Shown: positions 22,801-31,035 of the stretch, piece by piece | How positions within the stretch are numbered: the stretch's first letter is position 1 | Layout: each line of letters begins with the position of its first letter | Virus record (IMG/VR): IMGVR_UViG_3300020174_000004 | Span: 35,674-99,673 of that record | Direction: 5' to 3' (one strand) | Length of the DNA stretch: 64,000 bases | Origin: a virus | Notes under the pieces: generated by a model | The model's input: the letters and a program-made list of their open reading frames with translations, nothing else | Databases searched by the model: none | Told to the model about the DNA's origin: nothing | Program-made: the position numbers and the translations under genes

Positions 22801-23370
22801 AGTCATACTCATGATGGCAGATACTATACTGAAACAGAATCAAATACATTATATATGAAAAGAACGGCTAATGATACTGTTACAGCAAATACACTATGGC
22901 AAGATAGTAAGCAAATTCAATTAGGAACCGGCGGGGATTTAAAAATTTATCATGATGGAACAAATGCCGTTTTAAATAATGATACTGGTAGTTTTTTATT
23001 TTATGAGGTAACAGGCGGAAGTTATATATGGCATGTTGCAGGCGCTAATAAGTTACAACTTGATTCTTCCGGAAATTTAACAGCAGCTGGAAATATAACT
23101 GCTTATTCTGATGTTAGATTAAAGAAAGAAATAAAAACAATTGATAATGCATTAAATAAAGTAACAAGCCTTCGTGGTGTAAACTTTATTAAAGATGAAG
23201 AATATCAAATGGGTGTAATTGCACAAGAAGTTGAAGAAATTATTCCGGAAGTTATATTAACAAATAATGAAGGAATTAAAAGTGTTGCATATGGAAATAT
23301 GGTTGGTCTTTTAATTGAAGCTATTAAAGAATTAAAAATGGAAATAGAAGAATTAAAAGGTAAAAAATAA
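19876..23370 (+). CDS. Long tail fibre with internal repeats and C-terminal S74 chaperone
   Basis: DFVVKNGLVV N-terminus; about five 41-46-aa repeats; 15-aa AYSNA repeats; DDSHTHDGRYYTE; YSDVRLK...GVIAQEVE...AYGNMVGLLIEAIKEL. Confidence 0.85.
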   Translation: MADKDFVVKNGLVVNTDLIVANTDSNRVGINTSSPDSTLTVSGTANVSGNVVFSDKVSVGNTISVGSNATISGHINVASTANVGGATTLRGSLTVNGATIVANTLSAGNTSLANTNITGYINTTSTANIGGATTLRGSLTVNGATIVANTISTGNNTITGFINVSSTANVGGATTLRSTLDVTGATTLNNTLSAGNTSLANTNITGYINTTSTANVGGATTLRSTLDVTGATTLNNTLSAGNTSLANTNITGFINASSTANIGGATTLRSTLDVTGATTLNNTLAVGNTSVTGFITATTNSTFSGDTTTVKGIRFSTDSSYTVGNTSHRPLKIWSDDIETENITITGFITGTIAPASSIIPTTNLSADLGSSEKWFDELFVGSITTNTFTVSDGGDGVSITSNTQSFKSNSSITAISIRANTTSSNTTLSGNLVTITSNTNVSVANLTVTNGTFISTNGSVTTTVNNSTIQIGGGATVNSTIFTGASNNSTYLNGQLASYYTNATNLSTGTVASARIAGSYTGITGVGTISTGTWQGSQISTTYTQAKITSISGGNGLTGTVTTSGSISVLANTGIVANGTGTYVNTAYIATINANNATYFNGQAASYYTGYSDTKAEAAYSNAVSYAGTIAGTAYSNAISYAGTIAGTAYSNAVSYAGTIAGTAYSNATTFSANASNLGNGTVPSGRINGSYTGITGVGTISTGTWQGSQISTTYTQAKVTSVSGGNGLTGTVTTSGSISVLANTGIVANGTGLYVNSSYIGTLSSNNATYFNGQAASYYTGYSDTKAATAYSNAISYATNASNISSGTLNAARLPYTINQNLGTSNAPTFDGLYLTGGLSLTGDITTYRSDAVTTGVIFLGNSGSNYLYYNGSYYDMPGAELYVNGYQVVKNTGTWGISVTGNAATATKWATARTLSLTGAVTGSASVDGSGNISLATIATSDPTLTLSGDASGSATFTNLGNATLSVTVADDSHTHDGRYYTETESNTLYMKRTANDTVTANTLWQDSKQIQLGTGGDLKIYHDGTNAVLNNDTGSFLFYEVTGGSYIWHVAGANKLQLDSSGNLTAAGNITAYSDVRLKKEIKTIDNALNKVTSLRGVNFIKDEEYQMGVIAQEVEEIIPEVILTNNEGIKSVAYGNMVGLLIEAIKELKMEIEELKGKK
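21430..22262 (+). repeat. ~310-bp internal duplication (offset 516 bp) flanking three 45-bp AYSNA repeats
   Basis: GSYTGITGVGTISTGTWQGSQ...YSDTKA..AYSNA block occurs twice. Confidence 0.85.
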
Positions 23371-24161
23371 TGGCAAATGAAGACGTAAATTCATCTGTTA
23401 ATTATTGGAATGCAAATTATTCTGGTTATGGCACTATGAGCAAGAATTTTTTGTCTATGCGTACAATTCTTAATAATAACTCTGCTTATTCTGCTTATGA
23501 TCTACAAGGAATGTATAATGCAATATATGCCTTTACACCACCAGTTGTTAAATGTTTTTCAAGAACATCAGCAGTTCTCATGTCTGATCTTTCATGGAAA
23601 TGGATACACGAATTAGAAACTGGCGATATGATTTTTACATCAGATGGTCCTTCTGCTTTATCTCACTTACATATAACTAAACTTGGATTTAGAAGAATGT
23701 ATGAGATGTATGATGGAAGTCTTTCATTTTCTTCTGATCATTGCTTATGGGTTAGAAGAAATGAAGGTGATTATTTTTGGGTGATGGATAAAAATGATTT
23801 ACAAACTTCTTGCTCCATTGCCAATAGTCCAGTTATTAACAATATTGATAATGCCTTTATTGGTTCTGTTGATAGAGAAGAACAATTTGCACATGTAACT
23901 GGATGGAAAACTAATAAACCGGTTCTTACTGGAATAACTGCTCCCGATTATACTTTATACTCACCTGTTGTAGAAAATAAAGGTTTAATAGTTGTGAATG
24001 GTTATCTTGTAGATTCCGATTCAAACGAATCAACTAATAATTATAATTTTAATTGGGATGATATTATAAACAATGATATATCCAATTCAATGGATAGTTT
24101 ACCAGAATTATTATCACAATATATCAAATATAGGACAGAAAATCCAAACGAAATTCCATGA
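23370..24161 (+). CDS. Hint (Hedgehog/intein-like) domain protein with a 61-aa N-terminal peptide
   Basis: CFSRTSAVLMSDLSWKWIHELETGD (block A); FSSDHCLWV (block B); LIVVNGYLV (block G-like, no HN). Confidence 0.75.
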   Translation: MANEDVNSSVNYWNANYSGYGTMSKNFLSMRTILNNNSAYSAYDLQGMYNAIYAFTPPVVKCFSRTSAVLMSDLSWKWIHELETGDMIFTSDGPSALSHLHITKLGFRRMYEMYDGSLSFSSDHCLWVRRNEGDYFWVMDKNDLQTSCSIANSPVINNIDNAFIGSVDREEQFAHVTGWKTNKPVLTGITAPDYTLYSPVVENKGLIVVNGYLVDSDSNESTNNYNFNWDDIINNDISNSMDSLPELLSQYIKYRTENPNEIP

Positions 24162-25003
24162 GGTGTTTTATGATTAAATTTATTATGATTTTTACTATGT
24201 TATTTTCATCTATTGCAATTGCAAGTGATAAAGAAAAAGTGAATGTTTATAACAAGTATAGAATGGGTGGACCTCCTGGTGTTACTCTAAAAATTCTATT
24301 AGATACTATGAATCATTATGATAGTAAACATACTTATGTTTATTCTCAGATTACTGGTGCTAAAGGTGAAGCAGCAATTTCTAGAGGATTTATTGCAAAA
24401 GAAAAATCTCTAATATATGGTGCAAGTTCAGATTTTACATTTAATAGAATTACAAAAACAAAAACAAAGTATGACAAAAGTAAAGATTTTACTATAATAT
24501 ATGGTACTTCTGGTGTATATTGGAGTTTAATGATTGATAAGAAATCAAATATTAAAACAGTAAAAGATTTAATTAATAATATTAAAACTGGTGATAGTAA
24601 ATTTTATGCAGATTATACAAGTAGTGCTGCAAGTAAATTTTTAACTGAAAGATTTTTAAAAAATAATAATATTTTTGGTTTAATGAAACCTGTTTTATAC
24701 ACTAAAATGTCTGATATTAATAGATCGATTGCAAGTGGAGAAACTAATTTTATTTTTCTGCCAGCAGCATCAGTCAAAGTTGGAAAATCTTTATTAAAAA
24801 CTGATATGATGAGTATATCAATATTTTTTAGTAGTAAAAGACATGAAAAATTTGCTATGTCTATTATTCCTATTTTAGAAAAAGTATGTAGTGATTCGAT
24901 ATATAAAGCAGTATTAAAAAGATTTGGTCGTGAAGATAGATGTTATGACACAAAATATGTGAATGAGTATATTAATAATGAATGGAAATCTATACAACCC
25001 TAA
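24158..25003 (+). CDS. Exported Bug/TctC-like periplasmic-binding-fold protein
   Basis: Signal peptide MIKFIMIFTMLFSSIAIA; GGPPG, TGAKGEAA, IKTVKDLI, VLY...IASGETNF pattern. Confidence 0.55.
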   Translation: MRCFMIKFIMIFTMLFSSIAIASDKEKVNVYNKYRMGGPPGVTLKILLDTMNHYDSKHTYVYSQITGAKGEAAISRGFIAKEKSLIYGASSDFTFNRITKTKTKYDKSKDFTIIYGTSGVYWSLMIDKKSNIKTVKDLINNIKTGDSKFYADYTSSAASKFLTERFLKNNNIFGLMKPVLYTKMSDINRSIASGETNFIFLPAASVKVGKSLLKTDMMSISIFFSSKRHEKFAMSIIPILEKVCSDSIYKAVLKRFGREDRCYDTKYVNEYINNEWKSIQP

Positions 25004-26192
25004 GTTTGGTTATTATCAGTATAATAATCAAATATTTTCTACTAAAGAAGATATGTTTGATTATATTTTAGAAAACTGTAATGATGAACAAATAAAAAAT
25101 ATTCCAAATACATTATATAATTTTCATAATGAAGTCTTTCAATCTATAGATTGGAGGATAAATCCTACATTTTCAATAAACGAATTATATAAGATAAGAG
25201 CGCAACAATTAAGAGATGAATATGATTATCTCATATTACTTTTTTCTGGCGGTGCTGATTCCACTCAAGTTTTAAATACATTTCTAGAAAATGATATATT
25301 CATTGATGAGATACAAAATTATAATTATGATAAGGCACTAAAGAGTGTTGATAGAGATATTTTTAATAAATTTCCAAGTATTAAGATATTATTAGAATAT
25401 GAATATGCTGCTAAACCAATTTTAAAAAAAGTTAAGCAAAAAAGTCCTAATACAAAAATAACATTTGTAGATACATCAGATTATGCGTATGATCAAATTG
25501 TTAATAAGAAATTTGATTTTCTTGGAAACAAATATCATAATAGCCATACATTGCTATCAAAAGCATATAGATCATTTACACCTTATACTGCAATATACAA
25601 TCAACAGAATAATAATAAAAATAAAGTTGCTTTAATAAGAGGAAATGAAAAACCAAATCTAAGAATGGACAGAGAATGGAATCTTTATTTTACATTTCAA
25701 GATTTTTTATATCCAAATGTAAAATTATCAAGAATGGGGTACACTGATCCAAATATAGAAATTGAAGATTTTTATTGGTCTAAAGATATGCCTCTAATAC
25801 CAGTAAAACAGTCTCATTTAATATTAGATAAGATGAAAAATGATAATGAATATTTGAAAACTGTATTATCTTTTTTTGTTGGTGGGAAGAGTCCAATTCA
25901 ACAAAATTTTGATATGCATAATAAAACTGTATTTTTTAAAAGAAATTATATTGATCCTGTAATATATCCAAATTGGCAAAAGACATTTTCCGCAGAAAAA
26001 ATTGGCAATGTAAATCCAGAATTTGAAATTTTTAAAAATTTAAATTATATAGTGTATGGATATGATCAAATGAAATCTCACGGAGAATATATTCGTGAAA
26101 AATATAAAAGATTACCAATTAAATTTATTGGCGGTTTGTTAGAGACACAGAACTATCTAATAGGTAATTTAAAAAGTCTTATCTTCAAGTAG
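24963..26192 (+). CDS. PP-loop N-type ATP pyrophosphatase (asparagine-synthase/QueC-like superfamily)
   Basis: RAQQLRDEYDYLILLFSGGADS; RGNEKP; EDFYW...KQSH. Confidence 0.7.
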   Translation: MSILIMNGNLYNPKFGYYQYNNQIFSTKEDMFDYILENCNDEQIKNIPNTLYNFHNEVFQSIDWRINPTFSINELYKIRAQQLRDEYDYLILLFSGGADSTQVLNTFLENDIFIDEIQNYNYDKALKSVDRDIFNKFPSIKILLEYEYAAKPILKKVKQKSPNTKITFVDTSDYAYDQIVNKKFDFLGNKYHNSHTLLSKAYRSFTPYTAIYNQQNNNKNKVALIRGNEKPNLRMDREWNLYFTFQDFLYPNVKLSRMGYTDPNIEIEDFYWSKDMPLIPVKQSHLILDKMKNDNEYLKTVLSFFVGGKSPIQQNFDMHNKTVFFKRNYIDPVIYPNWQKTFSAEKIGNVNPEFEIFKNLNYIVYGYDQMKSHGEYIREKYKRLPIKFIGGLLETQNYLIGNLKSLIFK

Positions 26193-26543
26193 TTCTATCA
26201 TATTTCTATTTTGAAATATTTCTTTCGTTACTCTATTATAATTTGATGTGTTTTTTGATCTTAAAAGATTATAATATGGTGTTTTCACATTAGTTTGATT
26301 TGTATTTGGGTCTCTGAAGTTATTCAAACTTTTAGCATCATCGATTGTTTCTATATTTGAATATGTTAATACGGTAATAGAATCGTTTGATGTGTATGAA
26401 GTTGTATAGTTTTTTATAGAAAGGTAATAGTTTAGTTGCCCATTAAAAGATTTTGATACCTCTTTTTCAGATTCGGACCATTCAGATAATGGCACTATTG
26501 AAGAATTTGAGTTTAAGTATCTGGTAATAACTAAATCGTACAT
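26169..26543 (-). CDS. Hypothetical protein
   Basis: 124-aa ORF with AGGGGT RBS and late promoters on the minus strand. Confidence 0.55.
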   Translation of the reverse strand: MYDLVITRYLNSNSSIVPLSEWSESEKEVSKSFNGQLNYYLSIKNYTTSYTSNDSITVLTYSNIETIDDAKSLNNFRDPNTNQTNVKTPYYNLLRSKNTSNYNRVTKEIFQNRNMIELLEDKTF

Positions 26544-26547
26544 TTAG

Positions 26548-26620
26548 ACCCCTATAAATATCTTACAATATCAATTTTTATATTTATAAATAGATAAAAC
26601 ACATAACTATTTATAGGGGT
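26548..26620. promoter_or_regulatory. Symmetric divergent late-promoter/RBS element
   Basis: 13-bp inverted repeat acccctataaata (26548-26560) / tatttataggggt (26608-26620) around the palindrome tatttataaata (26581-26592). Confidence 0.75.
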
Positions 26621-26625
26621 TTCTA

Positions 26626-27366
26626 ATGGCCGTACCTACATCCAGAGCAGAATTTAAGGAATATTGCCTTAGAAATCTAGGCAAGCCTGTTATAGAAATC
26701 AATGTTGATGATGATCAAGTAGATGATCGCATTGATGAGGCTTTAAAATACTACTGGGACTATCATTTTGATGGTTCAGAAAAAACATATTATAAGCATG
26801 TTATAACGGCTGATGATAAAACCAACAAATATATAACTATGCCAGAAAATATAATTGGTGTAGTAAATTTATTTGATATTGGAAATAATGTTGGAACAAA
26901 TAATCTTTTTAATATTCGTTATCAAATTGCTTTAAATGATTTATATACACTCACTTCTGTATCTATGATTCCTTATTTTATGGCAATGCAGCATATTCAA
27001 TTTTTAGAATATATGCTAGTTGGAAAACAGCCATTAAGATATAATAGACATAGAGACATTCTTCATATTGATATGGATTGGGATAAGGTAGATGTTGGTC
27101 AATATTTAATAGTTGAAGCATATCAAGTAGTAGATCCTGATATCTATACCGATGCATGGGGTGATAGATGGCTAGCCAGATATTGTACTGCTCTTGTAAA
27201 AAGACAATGGGGTAATAATTTAAAGAAATATAATGGAATGCAACTTCCTGGTGGTCTAACTTTTAATGGTCAACAGATCTATAACGAATCAATTGATGAA
27301 ATCAATGAATTAGAAAAAGAAATGATTTCATCATTTAGCTTACCGGTTACGGATATGATAGGATAA
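26626..27366 (+). CDS. gp13: Neck protein gp13
   Basis: YCLRNLGKPVIEINVDDDQVDDRI; QWGNNLKKY.GMQLPGG. Confidence 0.9.
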   Translation: MAVPTSRAEFKEYCLRNLGKPVIEINVDDDQVDDRIDEALKYYWDYHFDGSEKTYYKHVITADDKTNKYITMPENIIGVVNLFDIGNNVGTNNLFNIRYQIALNDLYTLTSVSMIPYFMAMQHIQFLEYMLVGKQPLRYNRHRDILHIDMDWDKVDVGQYLIVEAYQVVDPDIYTDAWGDRWLARYCTALVKRQWGNNLKKYNGMQLPGGLTFNGQQIYNESIDEINELEKEMISSFSLPVTDMIG

Positions 27367-27377
27367 AATGTATACAT

Positions 27378-28103
27378 ATGGCTACAAATTTTTTCTTTAA
27401 TAATTTTAAAAATAGTCAAGAGCAATTACTTCTCGAAAATTTGGTTATCGAGTCAATAAAAATTTATGGTGAAGATATGTATTATCTTCCTAGAACACTT
27501 GTAGATCAAGATCCAATTTATCAATCAGATTCTATTTCACAATATAATTCTGCTTATATGATTGAAATGTATATTAAGAGTGTAAATGGATTTTCTGGAG
27601 ATGGTGTTTTCATGTCTAAGTTTGGTCTTGAAATTAGAGATCAAGTAACATTCTCTGTAGCTCAGAGAGTATTTAATGATGAAGTACAAACATTTACTAA
27701 TATATTAAGACCAAATGAAGGTGATTTAATATATTTTCCACTTAATAAAAAAGCATTTGAAATTAAATATGTTGAAAATAAAGAATTCTTTTATCAGCTT
27801 GGAGCTCTTCAAACATATGAATTAACATGTGAACTATTTGAATATTCATCAGAAGTATTTAATACTGGAATAGAAGAAATTGATCAAATCCAAACCAAGT
27901 TTAGTCTTAACATATTTGATTGGGCTATACTTGATGAAAATGGTGATAGATTGCTCGATGAAAATGCTGACTATATAGTAGTAGAAGGTTATTCAGCAGG
28001 CCAAATTGATGCTTTAGCTGATAATGAAGATATTCAAACCGAGTCTGATAATTTCTTAGACTTTACAGAAAGAGATCCATTCTCAGAGGGTGGTACATAT
28101 TAA
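27378..28103 (+). CDS. gp14: Neck protein gp14
   Basis: EQLLLENLVIESIKIYG; SKFGLEIRD; RPNEGDLIYFP; DFTERDPF. Confidence 0.9.
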   Translation: MATNFFFNNFKNSQEQLLLENLVIESIKIYGEDMYYLPRTLVDQDPIYQSDSISQYNSAYMIEMYIKSVNGFSGDGVFMSKFGLEIRDQVTFSVAQRVFNDEVQTFTNILRPNEGDLIYFPLNKKAFEIKYVENKEFFYQLGALQTYELTCELFEYSSEVFNTGIEEIDQIQTKFSLNIFDWAILDENGDRLLDENADYIVVEGYSAGQIDALADNEDIQTESDNFLDFTERDPFSEGGTY

Positions 28104-28945
28104 TGTTCGGTAACACATTTTATTTCAGCACAATTAGAAAATATGTAATATTATTTGGAACTTTATTTAATGATATTCATATTACCAGAACTAACGCTGC
28201 TGGTACAACAGTTCAATTATTAAAAGTTCCATTATCATATGCACCAAAGGAAAAAGTTCTTACCAGAATAGCTGCTGATCCAGAAATTGATAGACAAGCC
28301 GCCATTTTACTTCCAAGAATGTCATTTGAAATGGTTAAAATGGAATATGATGGTACCAGAAAATTGCCTACTATTAATAGAGTAGCTAGAAAAGATGCTG
28401 ATGATGCTGATAAATTAAAATATCAATATAATCCAGTTCCATATAATTTACAATTTAAACTTTTTATCTATGTTAAAAATGCAGAAGATGGAACAAAAAT
28501 AGTAGAACAAATACTTCCATTTTTTACTCCGGAATGGACTACTACGGTAAATCTTATTCCTGAAATGAATATAAAAATGGATATACCTGTTATTATGAAT
28601 AATATTGATATTCAAGATATATATGAAGATGATTATAAGAAAAGAGATTCTTTAATATGGACAATGGATTTTACTATGAAAGGTTATATCTATGGTCCAG
28701 TTAAGAAAACCGGTATTATTAAATTTGCTAATACTACTTTTTATATTCCAAATGTTGCTGATGGTCAACTAAGAACTGCTGTTGGAAACACAGATCCAAT
28801 TGATAGAGTTACCGTTCAACCTGGATTAACAGCAAATGGAACACCAACATCAAATGTTTCTATAACAATTCCTTATGCAGACATTGAAGTAGATGATGAT
28901 TTTGGATACATAACACAAATTGAATTTTTAGGACCTACTGAATAA
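28103..28945 (+). CDS. gp15: Tail sheath stabilizer/completion protein gp15
   Basis: FGTLFNDI; VPLSYAPKEK; LPRMSFE; EQILPFFTP. Confidence 0.9.
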   Translation: MFGNTFYFSTIRKYVILFGTLFNDIHITRTNAAGTTVQLLKVPLSYAPKEKVLTRIAADPEIDRQAAILLPRMSFEMVKMEYDGTRKLPTINRVARKDADDADKLKYQYNPVPYNLQFKLFIYVKNAEDGTKIVEQILPFFTPEWTTTVNLIPEMNIKMDIPVIMNNIDIQDIYEDDYKKRDSLIWTMDFTMKGYIYGPVKKTGIIKFANTTFYIPNVADGQLRTAVGNTDPIDRVTVQPGLTANGTPTSNVSITIPYADIEVDDDFGYITQIEFLGPTE

Positions 28946-29361
28946 TGAGTGAAGAAAAAAAGAATGATTCAATTGGAGATGCTTTAAATATGCGTCAAAT
29001 GGAAGTATATGATCCAGTTAAATCCATGATAAATGCAGCTCATGATGATTCAGCGACTGAAGATTTTACATATGCTAGAGCAAATATTAGAGATATAATT
29101 GATACAGGCACTGATTCACTTCAAAAATTAGCAGAAATAGCTGATCAGTCTCAGCATCCTAGAGCATTTGAGGTTATGAGTACTCTTATGAAGACAATAG
29201 TTGATGCAAATAAAGATTTAATGGATTTACAAAAAAAGATAAGAGATATTGATACTCCAGGTAAACAAAATGATACTAAAAATATAACAACCAATAATCT
29301 TTTTGTTGGTTCTACTGCAGAACTACAAAAGATGATACAGGACATGAAAAAAGATGTCTGA
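28945..29361 (+). CDS. gp16: Terminase small subunit gp16
   Basis: DFTYARAN; HPRAFEV; NNLFVGSTAELQKM. Confidence 0.9.
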   Translation: MSEEKKNDSIGDALNMRQMEVYDPVKSMINAAHDDSATEDFTYARANIRDIIDTGTDSLQKLAEIADQSQHPRAFEVMSTLMKTIVDANKDLMDLQKKIRDIDTPGKQNDTKNITTNNLFVGSTAELQKMIQDMKKDV

Positions 29362-30970
29362 AGGTTATAATGGTAATATTAATCTAAAAAGAATTAATGT
29401 TGGTATTGAATGGACACCTGATCTTGTTCAGGAATATTTAAAGTGTTCTCAGGATCCCATATATTTTGTTGAAAAATATATGAAGATTGTAAATGTTGAT
29501 AAAGGTCTTATGACAATAGATCTTTATCCATATCAACATCAAATTTTAAATGTCGTAAAAGATAATAGATATACTATTGTTGCTACAGCAAGACAGGCTG
29601 GTAAAACTACATCAATTGTTGGTGTTATCTTGCATTATATTATATTCAATCCTGAAAAAACTGTTGCATTATTGGCAAACAAAGGCGATACAGCAAGAGA
29701 AATTTTAAGTAGAATTCAATTAGCATATCAGCATTTGCCAAAATGGTTACAGCAAGGTATTATTGAGTGGAATAAAGGTTCATTTGTTCTTGAAAATAAT
29801 TCAAGAGTTATTGCATCTTCTACATCATCTGATGCTATTCGTGGCTTTTCTATTAACCTACTATTCATTGATGAAGCTGCATTTATTGAAAATTGGGATG
29901 ATTTCTTTACTTCAGTTTTTCCAACCATTTCATCAGGTCAATCAACCAAAATTATTCTTGTTTCAACTCCAAATGGTCTGAATCATTTCCATAAAATATG
30001 GGTTGATGCTGAAGAAGGCAGAAATAATTATATTCCAATTCGTGTTACTTGGGAAGATGTTCCTGGTCGTGATGAAAAATGGAAAGAAGAAACCATTGCT
30101 GCAATGGGTGGCGATGTTGAAAAATTCAACCAAGAACATAATGTTGAATTTTTAGGATCTTCCGGTACACTTATTGCAGGCTGGAAATTAAAAGAGTTAG
30201 TTCATAAACATCCAGAAGTTTCAAACTTTGGACTCGATAGATATGAATCGCCTAAAAAAGATAGAATTTATGTAACTGTGGCAGATGTTGCTAGAGGTAA
30301 AGGACTCGATTATTCGGCATTTCAAATAATTGATGTTACTGAAATGCCTTATAAACAAGTATGTGTTTACAGAAATAATATAATTAATCCTGTTGATTAT
30401 GCTGAATTATTATATAAAACAGTTATGGCATATAATAATTCATTCTTATTAGTTGAATCTAATGATATTGGTGGACAAATATCAGATATACTTCATTATG
30501 ATTTTGAATATGATAATATGCTTTATACAGAAGCCATGGGTAGAAATGGTAAAAGAATTTCTTCCGGGTTTGGTGGAAAAAATGTTGATAAGGGAATTAG
30601 AACATCTAAAGCTGTAAAATCAATTGGATGTTCGGTTATGAAAATGTTAATAGAACAAAATCAACTTATAATTCAAGATTATGAAACTATTCATGAGTTA
30701 TCAACATTTTCTAAAAAATATAATTCATATGAGGCTGAATCAGGCAAACATGATGATTTAGTTATGTGTCTAGTTTTATTTGCTTGGTTAACCAATCAGA
30801 ATTATTTCAAAGACGTGACTGACATAAATACTTTATTAAAATTAAAAGAGAAAACTGAAGAAGATATGATGGAAGATCTGCTCCCATTTGGATTTTTAGC
30901 TGGTAGTGAAGATGAAACTTTTATTGAAGAAACTGATTCAGGGCAGAAAATATTGTGGAATTATAGCTAA
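29354..30970 (+). CDS. gp17: Terminase large subunit gp17
   Basis: ARQAGKT Walker A; LLFIDEAAF Walker B; STPNG; DVARG; HDDLVM. Confidence 0.95.
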   Translation: MSEGYNGNINLKRINVGIEWTPDLVQEYLKCSQDPIYFVEKYMKIVNVDKGLMTIDLYPYQHQILNVVKDNRYTIVATARQAGKTTSIVGVILHYIIFNPEKTVALLANKGDTAREILSRIQLAYQHLPKWLQQGIIEWNKGSFVLENNSRVIASSTSSDAIRGFSINLLFIDEAAFIENWDDFFTSVFPTISSGQSTKIILVSTPNGLNHFHKIWVDAEEGRNNYIPIRVTWEDVPGRDEKWKEETIAAMGGDVEKFNQEHNVEFLGSSGTLIAGWKLKELVHKHPEVSNFGLDRYESPKKDRIYVTVADVARGKGLDYSAFQIIDVTEMPYKQVCVYRNNIINPVDYAELLYKTVMAYNNSFLLVESNDIGGQISDILHYDFEYDNMLYTEAMGRNGKRISSGFGGKNVDKGIRTSKAVKSIGCSVMKMLIEQNQLIIQDYETIHELSTFSKKYNSYEAESGKHDDLVMCLVLFAWLTNQNYFKDVTDINTLLKLKEKTEEDMMEDLLPFGFLAGSEDETFIEETDSGQKILWNYS

Positions 30971-30978
30971 AAAAGGAT

Positions 30979-30990
30979 TATTTATAAATA
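30979..30990 (+). promoter_or_regulatory. Late promoter TATAAATA (within palindrome TATTTATAAATA) upstream of gp18
   Basis: Exact octamer at 30983-30990. Confidence 0.75.
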
Positions 30991-31035
30991 CTAATAAAGA
31001 AATAATGTATTTCTTTCCATGAAAGGAGAAAAAAT

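Noticed and set aside
17222-23370. Diversity-generating retroelement acting on fibres
   Set aside because: No reverse transcriptase in the window, and no template/variable repeat pair differing only at adenines.
23553-24020. Splicing intein
   Set aside because: No terminal His-Asn followed by Cys/Ser/Thr, no endonuclease domain, and no conserved host protein around it.
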